Notes: a model not told the origin generated them from the sequence alone. A stretch of 64,000 nucleotides of DNA from an uncultured Nitrososphaeraceae archaeon (GCA_963825865.1 CAWGVG010000008.1:51651-115650); one strand, 5' to 3'. Shown: positions 11,948-23,750, numbered from the stretch's first letter. Numbers and translations are program-made.

Positions 11948-11966
11948 TATCATCTGTATATTTGAC
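11948..11966 (-). promoter_or_regulatory. conserved upstream motif (copy 2)
   Basis: 18/19 match to 2432-2450; lies 14 nt before the ATG. Confidence 0.6.
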
Positions 11967-12179
11967 GGTTTTATCGATGTTGAAGATAAGAGAAAAGAGA
12001 TTAGTAAGCGGCTTGGGGAAATTATAGAGAATGATCCTCATCTAAAAGAAATAGCTTCAAAGCTCGAAGAGATGGCCAAGAAGGAGGTTTACGATAATTC
12101 TGCTAGTACTGCAATAAATGATGATGAGGAGTGAGTGCCTAGATTTTAATGCAAAAGAGAAAATAACATTTGCAAGATT

Positions 12180-13209
12180 TCATGAGATTTTTAGCAACAG
12201 GAAAAATGATGATGATGACGAGGACGAAAGAGCTGTTCCAATAATGAAAATAACTGAAAAAACAGAAAGTCCAGTTATAGCAACGAAAGCGAGATTACTG
12301 GACCAGGCTTTTCCCGTTCTGGTTGATTTATTAAATTCTGAGCTAGTAATTCGTGCTGAACTGTCAAAATTATTCGAAGAAATGGTGTTACGATTTGCGG
12401 TCGTACGTGGTGTTACCAAATATACGATAGACCATAAAAGACCTGCTGCAATGATCACACGACTAGCTGCCAAAGATCATTGCTGATGGCCACAATTCAT
12501 TGGTCAATGACGTAACAACAAAGAGCTCAAACCAACTGTCTGCTATCACAACCAGAAGGATCCCAGCCGACTTGCAGATCCATGGAGTGAACCATTGCGG
12601 TTCCTTCCGATAGTTTACCACGATCAGAAATGATGGCACCATGATGATTGCATCCAATACAGGGTATGCAACTATAATAGAAAGGATTGCTAAACCTCTT
12701 GACGATGAAATTTCTACGAGGCTCACGGTATATAATATTATAAAAAAGAGAAAAATACGTACTAGCAATTACAGCTGCTATCAATTGTTTTTTGCTGAAA
12801 CGAAATACTTTGTAAAACCGAAGATACGTTGAAAACACATAAAATGACAAAAAAGCATATGCCGTTATAGACAATGCATCAGCCAGTGAAGGAACTGGCG
12901 GTACAGACTTCCAGAATGATTTCATACACTGCCCAAAGAATAGCCTGCACATAACGACAAGACCAGAGCTATCGCAAGGGCTAAGTCAGCTTTTTCAATA
13001 AATCCATTATGATGTTTCTGTAGATACAAGATTGCGATGGCAACCGAAGCGGCTACTGCCGCGGTAATATTAAGAATCCAGTGAGCATTATTCCCTCTGG
13101 CCTCTACTTTGGCGAAAAAAATGAGTGAGCTAGAGACTGTTGTTATTAGAATAACGCCAAAAAATAAGATTCTCTTAGTAAATCCTATGCTCGATAGTAT
13201 AGTAACCAT
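12180..13209 (-). pseudogene. paralogue of the multi-TM domain at 8009-9143, lacking the solute-binding domain
   Basis: shared PPVPS.AD, AYP..DA..MVP, RKEP.WFTPWIC and I.AGLLW motifs; several indels. Confidence 0.7.
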
Positions 13210-13255
13210 TAATCAAGCACCAGACTCATGGGGGGACAGTATGGGTAAGTGTCAC

Positions 13256-13471
13256 TTAACAATCTTTCGCCGATCGGTTATGGGCCACACAAAAGAGCCA
13301 ATAAGCAAATCCACTGGATATTCCTGATTTTAGCGTGAAGGAATAGCCACACTTTTGACATTTGACAGAATGGTCAGACTCGGATATCTGCAACGACTCT
13401 ATGGCTTGTGATCGGTATCTATCCATTTCTTCGATCTCTTCTAAAGATGGAAGCTCAAGCGGGTTGTTCAA
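13256..13471 (-). CDS. small hypothetical protein with CxxC
   Basis: ORF 71 aa, VKCQKCGY. Confidence 0.4.
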   Translation of the reverse strand: MNNPLELPSLEEIEEMDRYRSQAIESLQISESDHSVKCQKCGYSFTLKSGISSGFAYWLFCVAHNRSAKDC

Positions 13472-13637
13472 TGTTACATCTATGTTATACTAATTAACAT
13501 AAATTCGTGTATCATCTGAAGAGATGACTATGTCTAAATTGAAGCGTTTAGTTTTGTAATATTTTTTTTAACTAATCACAAGGCAATACTTTAGATGACT
13601 AACGACGATAAGTACGATACAACACAGATTGGATTTA

Positions 13638-13710
13638 ATGTCATCTGGCATACGTGTTGGAGCATGGTATTATCTGAAATGGGCAAATTTTAGACCTATT
13701 ACCGGTAGAT
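13638..13710 (+). pseudogene. tyrosine integrase remnant
   Basis: MSSGIRVGAWYYLKWANFRPI vs MASSGIRVGAWDYLRWGHIIPI in the integrase at 59570. Confidence 0.75.
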
Positions 13711-14075
13711 CTAAGCCTCTGCCATGGCAGCAGAACCCACAACGACAGAATCGCCAAGTTCCATATCACCTTCATCACCAGGATCAATGACACCATCTTC
13801 AGGATCTTCACTGGAACCTGTACCTGGATTATTACCCATAACTACTAACAACACTCAATGACCTAGGTAATTGTTACTGCTCTCTACTATGATCGCACTA
13901 CAAACAACGGGGGTAGTAAATGGTCTTGCTATTATTCAGAATTTGCAACTATTATTACTCTTCACCTTGCTCGACTTCATCTTGTAATACGTGGATTTGG
14001 TGAAAGAAATAGAGTTTCATAAACAAGAAGCAAAGGAGGAAGTGGTAGTTAAATAAAAAAAGAGAAAAAAGAATC

Positions 14076-14432
14076 TTGATAGTGGATGATGATCCTTATG
14101 TTACGATGAAATTAAAAACTGTTTTATACGAAATTGGCTTCAGAGTTAATTCATTTAATGACCCTATTTTCGCATTGAAAAATTTTCATGCTGGTTCATA
14201 TGATCTGTTGATTATCGACATTAATATGCCAAACATAAGTGGCTTTGACCTATATGAAAAAATAAGGGAGATAGATAACAAGGTAAAGATACGTTTTCTG
14301 ATAACAGAAAGTGAAATAAACTTTGAAAAAGCATTTTACTTACCCAATTTAAATTGCTTTATTAAAAAACCAATAGAGAATGAAAAGCTAATAATAAAAC
14401 AAGTAACTGAAATAATAGGTCAAAGTGAATAA
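14076..14432 (+). CDS. stand-alone response regulator receiver (CheY-like)
   Basis: IVDDD, IIDINMP, FIKKP. Confidence 0.85.
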   Translation: MIVDDDPYVTMKLKTVLYEIGFRVNSFNDPIFALKNFHAGSYDLLIIDINMPNISGFDLYEKIREIDNKVKIRFLITESEINFEKAFYLPNLNCFIKKPIENEKLIIKQVTEIIGQSE

Positions 14433-14747
14433 CAACAACCACACAACAAAACAATATGATTATCAGTCTAGGCTTTAGAAATTATAACAAAATATAAAAA
14501 ATATAGACAGGGATGTCTATTATGCCTTCATGGCATTGCAGCACTAATTGTTCTTGTTATTTTTATTAGGCTAGGTAATTATCAACGCACTTTTGAGCTT
14601 TCTTTTTAGATATGTCATTTCCTCCATGATTGCCAATACATTTTAGTTCGTCTTCATACCTGTATTAGAAGTATCAATTAGTAAATTCTTCCAACTACCA
14701 AGAATTTTATCATATCGCATACTGCACTTTTATGTTAAAAGACTATA

Positions 14748-15479
14748 CTATATATGCCTTAAAAGTAGCATCTTGTTGCTGCCTCGTTGAAATTCAAATG
14801 GTACCGGAACAATATGATATCCGATTCTAAGCTTTTCTAAAGCAAAAAGTAATTCAGTCATTTGCTCATAAGGTTGTAAACTAGATTTTTGTAAAGGGTA
14901 GATTCTAACTTCTTTTGAACTTACTCTGTATAATTCTAATATGGAAGATAAAATAAATGAAAAATCAAGTTTGTGGCTGTAAGTAAAGAGAAAATGTCCA
15001 CTTAATACGAGATCGAAGCTTTTATCTTCAAACGGTAATTTCGGTAACTCTGCCTTTATGTAACGCTTTTCTTTAATTCCAGTAGGGTAATCTAACAAGA
15101 ATTGCTGCAATGCTAGTTCTCTATACTCTCTTAATTTGTCAATTGAAGAATAAAAGTCCCATTTGTAAAGGTCAGGATTTGTAGATACTCTTTGTATGAT
15201 ATATTCAATATCGTCCTGTCCCCCTTTAGACAATGTTTTTACATCCTTGTCAAACAAACGGTCGCAGCCAACTGCTCGGATTCCGTGTTTGCTATTAGCT
15301 TCTGCAACGAAAGAGGAAGCACCGGAAGGACAATCTAATACTGTATTGTATCTTTTCAAGGAAGGAATATCATTAATGCCAAACATCAAAAGATATTCTG
15401 CTAATGTACGTCCATAAAATGCAATTCTATCTAATTTTAAGGGGTGATGATCTAATTTGTTATTTGGCGCCTCGTCCAA
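14748..15479 (-). CDS. class I SAM-dependent methyltransferase
   Basis: VLDCPSGASSF, LPFEDKSFDLVLSGHFLF. Confidence 0.85.
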   Translation of the reverse strand: MDEAPNNKLDHHPLKLDRIAFYGRTLAEYLLMFGINDIPSLKRYNTVLDCPSGASSFVAEANSKHGIRAVGCDRLFDKDVKTLSKGGQDDIEYIIQRVSTNPDLYKWDFYSSIDKLREYRELALQQFLLDYPTGIKEKRYIKAELPKLPFEDKSFDLVLSGHFLFTYSHKLDFSFILSSILELYRVSSKEVRIYPLQKSSLQPYEQMTELLFALEKLRIGYHIVPVPFEFQRGSNKMLLLRHI

Positions 15480-16046
15480 TGGTTGGAGATTTATTACCGC
15501 TTACTACCATCACCAAATACTAATCCATCATCATCCTTACTGAAAAAGTTTACTTGTCATAGTTAATCCAAAAATTAATAGCACAAGTTAATAACCAAAA
15601 CAACAAAATTGAGCAAGGTCAAAATTAGCCATCCGGATAATCGCCCATTTTATTGCTGTCCTAATAGTAAGAAGAAGGAACTTTAGGCAAAAGATGAAGA
15701 AGGTATGAATACTGATTGTCTATCATAAATGAAAGATTTATGCAAAAAGCATTCTTATCAATATTATTGTTGATTATAGCTTCTATATCTTTGCTGTTGG
15801 CAACATATACATAATTATGAGTGTCAGTTTTTGGCAACATTATAATACATACCTATTTTCTCTTACCTGTCGATCTATTCTACAACTATCTATAGAAAGA
15901 CACCGTAGTCTGTCAAAAAGAGATGATGGTGATGATAATGCAGGTAATTGTGATGAAACACCAGCTAGGTAGAGAGACATTTTGCCTCCTAAGAATTAGA
16001 AGCAGTTTCCCTCTCCACATCATAATTAAGAACAAATATGACAGCG

Positions 16047-16558
16047 CTATCTTTTGGATTCACCATACTTTTCGTAGTAAACCAGTTCATGAATTGGCAG
16101 ACGGTTCTTTCTCTTACCTGTCAACCTACTTGCAGGATATCCAAAGCCTATTATGACTGAAGGACTCAGCTGCTTTGGAATCGCAAAGTCATCTCGAAGA
16201 TTTTCTTCTCTTATTCCTGTAAACAGTCCTGAACCTACTCCATGATTCCAAGCGGTCAGTTGCATATTTTGAAGCACCCTTCCTGTATCAATTAAATGAA
16301 AACCATACTTGTGGGTTTGTTAATACTATTACTCGCAAAATTGGCACGTGCAACCCAGCTTCCACTTGTGCTATCTTCTGCCAGTTTCTTGAGATTGTCT
16401 TTTTTCTCCACCAATATAAATCGCCAGTGCTGAGTGTTCATACCAGTACCTGTTAGTCTGGCAGCTTCAAGTATCTTTGATCTAATTTCCAACGGGACAT
16501 CCTGTATGCTGAATTCTCTTACTTCGAGCTTGGTTCCTATACATTCAAAGGCGTCCAT
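16047..16558 (-). CDS. nitroreductase family protein (indels near 16320)
   Basis: ILEAAR...NTQHWRFILV; QNMQLTAWNHGVGS; IGFGYP. Confidence 0.8.
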
Positions 16559-17612
16559 GCCATTTCTCTGGTGCTACTAATATATAGCAAGTTGCTAAAC
16601 ACCTTAAAGAAACATTCCAGAAGTTGGTATTCCTTAACTCTTGACAAAATCTATGATATGACTTCATCACAACGGTCAATCGGTGATTTCTTTTACAACG
16701 CAAAGAACTTGCAATGCATTATGGAGCCATAATTGCTACTGATGGGATACATTAGTAGTTGGCTAACAACTATCTATCTATCTGGCCGAAAACTTATGAT
16801 GAATGATATTATTCAATTTAAATGCCATACTGTCATGTAACTGAAATAGGTCAAATTGCTATGTAAATTCTCTGTTTCTTCTTCTTCCTCTTCTTTTTTA
16901 CTATGCCTCTGTAGTCAGATACTTTTGTAAGGAATCAAATAGTAGCAGTAAACTAAAGCTTCTTCTCACACACAGCCTGTTAAACTGATTTAGGCAACCC
17001 TCCAAGTTGTCATATACGCGCAAATCCATATATACAATAGGTTATACGCGATTTTTAATGAATAGTAAGAGAAACTCTATAGTTAATTCATTACACTCTA
17101 TAATAATTGCCGTTTTTAGAGCTAGCATCTCTGTAATTGGAATTGTTTCAAATCAGCCTTAAAGGCAAAGGATTTCAATTCTATACCTTTACTTTCGGTT
17201 AGTTAGTGGGGATGGCCGGCATGTGTATAGATTATTACTATGGTTAAGTAGCAGGAAGGAGGATGGATGTTCACAATCCAAAATCCCAGGTCCTGATCCA
17301 ATACGTCTTGAGGTATATGCAGAATGCCTAACCTTGGTAGACGTTCCATAAGAGTAGGACTATTTCCAAATCTAGGCTATGTAACAAACAAATAACGACA
17401 TAAATTCTGACACTTCACTTAGACTACTTCGTGTAAAACAAGAAGGTTCGGTAGACTTCCTATTACTTGCTGAAATGTATGACACATTGTTGTGGCACCG
17501 TGACGACAGAAATATGTTAACACATATACCCATGCACAGAGGAATTGGTAAAAACTAATTCTTATTGCACGTGTAGAAATCGTTAAAGCATACTTTGACT
17601 AGTTTATTTTGA

Positions 17613-18000
17613 ATGAAAAAAACAACATACCTTGCAATCGTCTTGATCCTATCTATTGGACTTGTTTTAGGATCGATAAAGTTAGTTAGTATCAGGTACA
17701 AGCACATCAAATTCATCTGTTTCAATAGTCAATGGAGCTTCATCTCCTAGCATTTCAAAACCCTACGATCCGTCACCCCTAACAGTAAAGCCAGGTACGT
17801 CTGTCACATGGACTAATAGCGATTCTACTATCCACACAGTAACTTCTGGTCTTCCAGAACAAGGGGAAGTAGGTACTTTGTTCGACTCCGGCATTATGAG
17901 TCCAGGTAAGACTTTTACACATGCCTTTGATAAAACAGGCATTTTTGATTACAGCTGTACTCTGCACCCATTCATGCACGGACAGATAATAACTAAATAG
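17613..18000 (+). CDS. plastocyanin/azurin-family blue copper protein (indel after the signal peptide; absent from ORF track)
   Basis: YDPSPLTVKPGTSVTWTNSDSTIHTVTSG...FDYSCTLHPFMHG gives the His/Cys/His/Met type-1 Cu ligands. Confidence 0.9.
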
Positions 18001-18195
18001 TCAAAAGCTACAGTGACGTTGCTAATTTTTTCCTTTTTTTCTCAACTGCACTTTTAAGTTATAAATTGATTGTTTATTATTTTCAAAAATTAACTTAAAG
18101 TAATAGAAATATTAAAAATACATATTTAATATTTATCTTACTAAATCTCACTAGTTTGAGGATGAAGAAACTCGATTAAGAAAAGATTCGGAATT

Positions 18196-18555
18196 TCAAC
18201 TAGCCACCTTTAGATGGTGTTTCTCAATAGATGCAGTCCCTTGCTTAAAGGTGACAATTATTATATCATCTTTCTTATACGGACAATCTGGAATACCACG
18301 TGGTTGATGATCTGATGCTTCGACTACACAAGTTCCTTGTTGGTCCTTTGTGACTACTTTTGCTTCGTCTGTTACTTCTTTTCTAATTAAATCCTTGATA
18401 GGAAAACCAAACATAGCCTGAACAGCAAAAAAACCACCCAAGCCGATAAGAGCAATAAGAATCCCAAGCTTTTTGCCAGACATTCCAGCGAAGACAGAGG
18501 TATCGGAACCAGAGCCAGAATCATATGTCATAGATAAGATGGGGATAGAAAACAA
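18196..18555 (-). CDS. membrane-anchored hypothetical protein
   Basis: one TM helix followed by a small two-Cys domain. Confidence 0.6.
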   Translation of the reverse strand: MFSIPILSMTYDSGSGSDTSVFAGMSGKKLGILIALIGLGGFFAVQAMFGFPIKDLIRKEVTDEAKVVTKDQQGTCVVEASDHQPRGIPDCPYKKDDIIIVTFKQGTASIEKHHLKVAS

Positions 18556-19245
18556 AAATATTTAAAAATATTCCCTACTTTGGACGCCTGCCAATCGTTA
18601 GAAGCAGTTTAGTTATTTATATTCTATAAGAATAGATAAAAAATAATGCAAATGCTATATAGGAGCAGCAGCGTTAGTGGCAATACAGTTTTCCCTAACA
18701 TATTTTCCCACTATTTGAGCATCCGTGTTGTTTATGAGTATGTTTTCAGTAATTCTTTTTTAATACTAACACTACAAATCCAAAATCATAGATTGCAACG
18801 TCGTAGTTGAAACTCGAGTGACCGCATTCAACTGTTTGCCGTTTTTATCTCCCATTAATGTTTCAGCACAAGCGTCTATTAAGCATAGATGTAAAGCCAA
18901 TATCACAGCAACAATTCTAGAAGCAGTACGCTGCTGGTGGAACAACTAAAGCAAAAATATACTATAGATCCTTTTTGACTTATCAGAGATTAAAAGGATA
19001 TTTGTTGCTTTCTGAAGAGAATGGGTTGATTGAGTACAACAAAGAAGAATGCCCTTTATTAAACTACAGAAATGAAACTACAGAAAAAGATGCCCTTTAT
19101 CTATAGCATTTGCCCTGTGTCTTCTTCTGGCATCGTATTGATTTACAATTATGTTTCTTTATATTATCATTACCATTTGGTGGTAACATTACCACGTGGA
19201 TAATATTTTTTTGAATTTGATTGCTACCGTTGTGTATCTGTAGAA

Positions 19246-19515
19246 CTATTTTCTAGCAGTAGTAGACTTTTGCATATGTTGCATAGATAGCAATATTTTA
19301 TCTTCTTTTTCTATTTTATTCCCCGCTCTCAATTTTGCTTTGTACTTTAAGTTTCGTGGCTTTGTTCTTAATCTATATCCACAACAAGGACACCACAATC
19401 CATCCCACTTGATAAATAGCTCACATATCTGACAACGCTTTTGTCCCATAGAATAACGACCAGATCCAACTGGTTTCTGCGCTTTATGACGTATACATCT
19501 ACCTTTACAAGTCAT
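19246..19515 (-). CDS. small Cys-rich zinc-binding protein
   Basis: MTCKGRC...GQKRCQICE...WCPCCGYRLRTKPR. Confidence 0.75.
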   Translation of the reverse strand: MTCKGRCIRHKAQKPVGSGRYSMGQKRCQICELFIKWDGLWCPCCGYRLRTKPRNLKYKAKLRAGNKIEKEDKILLSMQHMQKSTTARK

Positions 19516-19730
19516 TTCTTTACATTCTCTTCCTTTGTTATAAAATGATAATTGATATTATATACTTTAATAGATATGCCGGAAAGTTCTAGACAATTGT
19601 ATCAAAAATATTTCATAGTTTTGCATCTATTCTTGTTTTTTTCACATATATACAGTATAATATGCTTTCGAGCATTACTATAACATTCTATGCAAACGAT
19701 TAATATTGTGAATGTTGGCTACTTACCACA

Positions 19731-20168
19731 TTGGAAGAGTGCGACTTCCTTGATGACATATGCCTAACTGTATTATATGCAAGCAAGGATATTAGTTGCG
19801 CGGCTGTAGTAGATATCAATGGAAAGCTCATTGTTGGCAAATATAGAAAAATAGACAGAAAATTAATAACAACATCTATAGCTAGTACCAGCGGTCAATA
19901 TCATCAAACAAGTTGCTACCTTTTCTATATAGATTATTTGGTTTCAGCTATACGACAATCTTATTTTGAAAGGAGGTGTACAAGTGAAGGAGTTGATACA
20001 GCAGAGAACATGGAAGTTAACTTTGACGTAATTGATATCAACAATAAAATAAAGTTGGCCATTACTCCATTAACCCAGAGTAAAGACAAATTCCTCTGTG
20101 TATATTTTGAATCTCCATTTGCGGAATCTTATCAAGAGATAATTATGAAGATAAGCAACATGATATAG
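19731..20168 (+). CDS. roadblock/longin-like hypothetical protein
   Basis: ISCAAVVDINGKLIVG N-terminal pattern; 145 aa. Confidence 0.5.
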   Translation: MEECDFLDDICLTVLYASKDISCAAVVDINGKLIVGKYRKIDRKLITTSIASTSGQYHQTSCYLFYIDYLVSAIRQSYFERRCTSEGVDTAENMEVNFDVIDINNKIKLAITPLTQSKDKFLCVYFESPFAESYQEIIMKISNMI

Positions 20169-20644
20169 AAAATAACAGTAATAATATTATATATCCTTTT
20201 TCTTAGAATTTCTTATAATTGTTATTATTGTCGTTATAAAGCCTTGAGCTTCTTTGAAATTTTTAAATTTTAAGGACAGTCTAGCTTTTAATTTCCAAAT
20301 ATAGATAATACAATGACCTGTTATGTCGATTATCAATCACAGAAATTATACTACAGTGAGTGATGTCTCTTAGTAATTCCAGCAATAATACATGAGAGCC
20401 TTTAATGCTAACCTAGAATTTGGAGTCCCATTAACAGACTACGAAATAAGCAACAGCTGACATAATTGATAGATACATGAATTATATTGTGGCTGCATCT
20501 ATCTAGAAAAAATAGAGAAGGATAAGATAGAAGAAGGAAACAACCAAATGTTCATACACCAAAGTAGACTAAATAAAAATGACAATACAGAAGATAAAAT
20601 GGATTTTCGAAATATCGTAGCTATTTTCGTTAAGGAGGACTGAT

Positions 20645-21402
20645 TTGGAATTGCCTTCCACTGGTGCAGTATCATCTATCGAAAAAAACATTCGTTATTA
20701 TACTTTGATGATCGTGTTTGGAATTCTAACTGCAATATCTGTTCAGCCGGCCTTATTGGAGTTTACTGAAAAAGATCTTGCAAACCACATGATCATAGAA
20801 CATTCGTTGTTTTTTATCATAGGAGCCACGTCAGTTCAAGTTGCTGAAACAATCTTAAAATTACTTGTATCTTCACAAAGCAAGAAGAAAAAAAAAGAAA
20901 CCGAATATTATACAAAGCTTAAAAAAAAGACAAAAGTAATTCAAAATTGAGCATAATTATTTTATACTGGAGTGGATTACTGAGAAACATTTTCACCATT
21001 AACAATACATATGGTTTCATATGGCTCATTATTCCAATTGTGCTCTTGACCTTTTGGCATTTGCCTTCAGTATTTGATTATGCAACATTACATGAACAAA
21101 TCCATATTTTACAGCACATTTCATTTATAATTGTTGGAGCTACAGGTTTTCTGGCATTAAGGGCCTTAGGTGAATCTTTTAGGATACTTGCTCTAATAGC
21201 CTTAAATGCAATTATGGTTTTCGCTGGATTAATGTTTGCAGTTTTACAAACGCCAATTTATACCGTCTATTCTGTCAGCAGTCACAATGATGCAGGAACC
21301 TATATGGTAGTAACATGTTTATTGCTTCTTCTTGTTGGCTTGCCTGCTTATCTAGTTCATAGGACACTTTTTCATGTTCGTATTAAAGGCTATAAACAAT
21401 AA
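20645..21402 (+). CDS. CtaG-like (cytochrome c oxidase assembly / DUF1404) membrane protein, split in poly-A
   Basis: HMIIEH, FWHLP..FD.A and HILQHISF His motifs. Confidence 0.75.
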
Positions 21403-21535
21403 TAATAATAATCAATGGAAATGAAGTAGTCGTACGTGCCTTATTTTTAAACCGTTAATAAATCCCTTGAAGTGCTTTTGTGAAGATATTCAACCAATAT
21501 ATCTACACTAATACTGATAAGATGTTATATGATTC

Positions 21536-22291
21536 CTATATCTTTATGTATGATTTATTGTAAGTTGAAGAATTAAAAATCTCATCTAACGTTATAGGAA
21601 ATGGCTTTCTACCACTGAGTTTGAATTTTGTCGAATTTCCTTTAATTCCTACTTGTTGGATATATCCTAACTTGCGAAATATGGCAATGGCTATCTTACC
21701 TCGCTGTCTGTTATTACCACAGGCCATTCGTTCCTTATCTTGAAGGTTCTGTAATATGAATGTGCCATCCTTGCTTTCTTCGGCTATCGTAGAAGCAGCA
21801 CGCCAAAGTTTTGAGATATAAGAATCGGATTCGTTTAATGAACCCATATGAATAGTTTTAGGACTACTCATAGATTTAGTTATTAATTGGGCCGCAAAAG
21901 CCATCCTGTCTGTCTTTTTAAAATATATATTATAAATATTCTGCTTTTTGAATTTCCTATTTTCTTTATTGTCGAACCAATATACATATCCTTCAGGTTC
22001 ATGGATATATGGTTGTACTAGAATATTCTCAGTATTCTCTCGTGGTTCTGAATTGATTATTTCTTGAGCCTCATCTAACTTATCGTAATTAACGACATAT
22101 TTTTTTTTACGGTTAGATTCTAATGACATAACTATACCTTCATCCCTAAGTGACCTTAGGGCAAGGTCAAGGTTTGTATCATAATGTCTACCTGCTTCTT
22201 CGTGTATCTGCTCTTCCAATATGACATTGTGAACTCCTTCGCCAATAAGATGCTGTAAGAGCCATTTACGCCATTCAGAAGTCGATGTCAT
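21536..22291 (-). CDS. hypothetical protein, possibly with two winged-helix domains
   Basis: LRSLRDEGIV...KKKYVV and IFRKLGYIQ...TKFKL wing patterns. Confidence 0.6.
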   Translation of the reverse strand: MTSTSEWRKWLLQHLIGEGVHNVILEEQIHEEAGRHYDTNLDLALRSLRDEGIVMSLESNRKKKYVVNYDKLDEAQEIINSEPRENTENILVQPYIHEPEGYVYWFDNKENRKFKKQNIYNIYFKKTDRMAFAAQLITKSMSSPKTIHMGSLNESDSYISKLWRAASTIAEESKDGTFILQNLQDKERMACGNNRQRGKIAIAIFRKLGYIQQVGIKGNSTKFKLSGRKPFPITLDEIFNSSTYNKSYIKI

Positions 22292-22382
22292 GCTTTTATA
22301 AGCTAAGTTAAAAAATTGATTATTTAAGGATACGCCAATTATGGCATAGAGAATTTAAATTATAAGCAACTCGACGTCAAAT

Positions 22383-22811
22383 TTGTCTTATATTTATATA
22401 GATGCCGAGCGAGTATATGCCATGGCGGATACATCGCTTCGCAGACAGGTATCACACAAGAGGAATAGACCATTAGAGAGTGTATTCCGAAACACTACTG
22501 CGAGGGTTTTGGATTTCCTTGTTCTGAACCAAGAGTTTGATTATTCTGCATCTGAGATAAGCAAGATAACACAAATTCCCCTTCGAAGTTTGCAAAGGGT
22601 TCTATTGAATTTGGTTGAAAAGGAACTGATAATGGAAACTGGCAAGATAGGCAATACTAAAATGTATATTATTAATTCAAAGTCACAATTAGCTGAATTA
22701 CTAAGACAGTATGTACTCGCTACAATAAACATCAACATAGATAATGCACGAAAACAAGACTCATCAAATAATTCTTTAATAGAATATAAAAAAGGGCTTG
22801 CGATCAGATAA
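22383..22811 (+). CDS. winged-helix transcription regulator
   Basis: RVLDFL...YSASEISKITQIPLRSLQRVL..LVEKELI...KIGNTKMY. Confidence 0.75.
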   Translation: MSYIYIDAERVYAMADTSLRRQVSHKRNRPLESVFRNTTARVLDFLVLNQEFDYSASEISKITQIPLRSLQRVLLNLVEKELIMETGKIGNTKMYIINSKSQLAELLRQYVLATININIDNARKQDSSNNSLIEYKKGLAIR

Positions 22812-22942
22812 ACTTAGCAACATAAGGCGGCATAATACTCAAAATCGATCCCCATATTAGTGCTCTTTTTACTTCTATTTTTATTTATTTATTAAACTCA
22901 TACTTAATATTATCACAATATGCTAACCTCTCCTCTCCTATT

Positions 22943-23263
22943 TCACTTTTGACTATTCTTGCTGCTTGACGTAGTATTAGTAGTTGTTGTAGCATTCGAT
23001 GCGTTCAAGGATGTTCCTTGTGGTACTACTGGAGCTGTTATATATCCAGAAGACGTCGTTGTGCCAGTTGGACTGGCACTAGTAGAAGTTTTGTTTGCAA
23101 CTTGTAATGAAGTTCCTTGTGGTACTACCTGAGCTGTAACATTACCAGCAGATGTCTGTTTTTGTTGTGCTAATGCTATTTGTTGAGTAATCGAGTATGT
23201 CGATAAAAATACCATTACCATTATTCCCAAACAAATCATTACTTTTACTTTATTGTTAATCAT
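22943..23263 (-). CDS. secreted Ser/Thr-rich protein with an internal duplication
   Basis: signal peptide; TA(Q/P)VVPQGTSL occurs twice. Confidence 0.65.
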   Translation of the reverse strand: MINNKVKVMICLGIMVMVFLSTYSITQQIALAQQKQTSAGNVTAQVVPQGTSLQVANKTSTSASPTGTTTSSGYITAPVVPQGTSLNASNATTTTNTTSSSKNSQK

Positions 23264-23720
23264 ACCGTTTATTTGAAGATAATTTGTTATAAAGATATGT
23301 GGAGAACCTGCTACGATCTTTTTATATATAGGCAGTAATTTTCATTATCGTATATATATATATATTTATATATAGCAAAAACGGTGTTTATCCCTGCGGG
23401 TGGCGGTGGCGCAGGCAGCAGCGCGATACAAGTTGGACCTGGCGGAGGAAACGCAGGAGCATCCAGGAAGAATGAAGGGTGTTTTATCAGGTTCTGTAGA
23501 ATAGTGAAGCCCTTAATTCGGGTAAGTTGCATCATCACTAATAATATTGCATGTGTACTGAAAAGCAGTTGCTTGTTGCAAAAAATACTATATAGCAAAT
23601 GCTCCTTCTTCTATTATTATTACTAGTGCTACTGCTGCCAAGGTTAGTATTATTATTGTGATAATATAAGAAGAATATCTAAAAGCTGTAAAACGCGTTT
23701 TATTTCCAGATCTGCGCAAC

Positions 23721-23750
23721 AGACAGATAAAACGCCTGTTGATAAAAGAC
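23721..23750 (+). repeat. 30-bp dispersed direct repeat, copy 1
   Basis: agacagataaaacgcctgttgataaaagac; 27/30 identical to 25656-25685. Confidence 0.8.

Noticed and set aside
14748-15479. SAM methyltransferase as the GCWGC DNA methylase
   Set aside because: Lacks the PCQ/ENV and (D/N/S)PP(Y/F) motifs of DNA MTases
17779-17979. ORF-track 66-aa minus-strand protein
   Set aside because: Antisense shadow of the blue copper gene
19049-19101. Short nested direct repeats (atgccctttat x2, aaactacagaaa x2)
   Set aside because: Only two copies each of 11-12 bp in AT-rich DNA; no array or element structure
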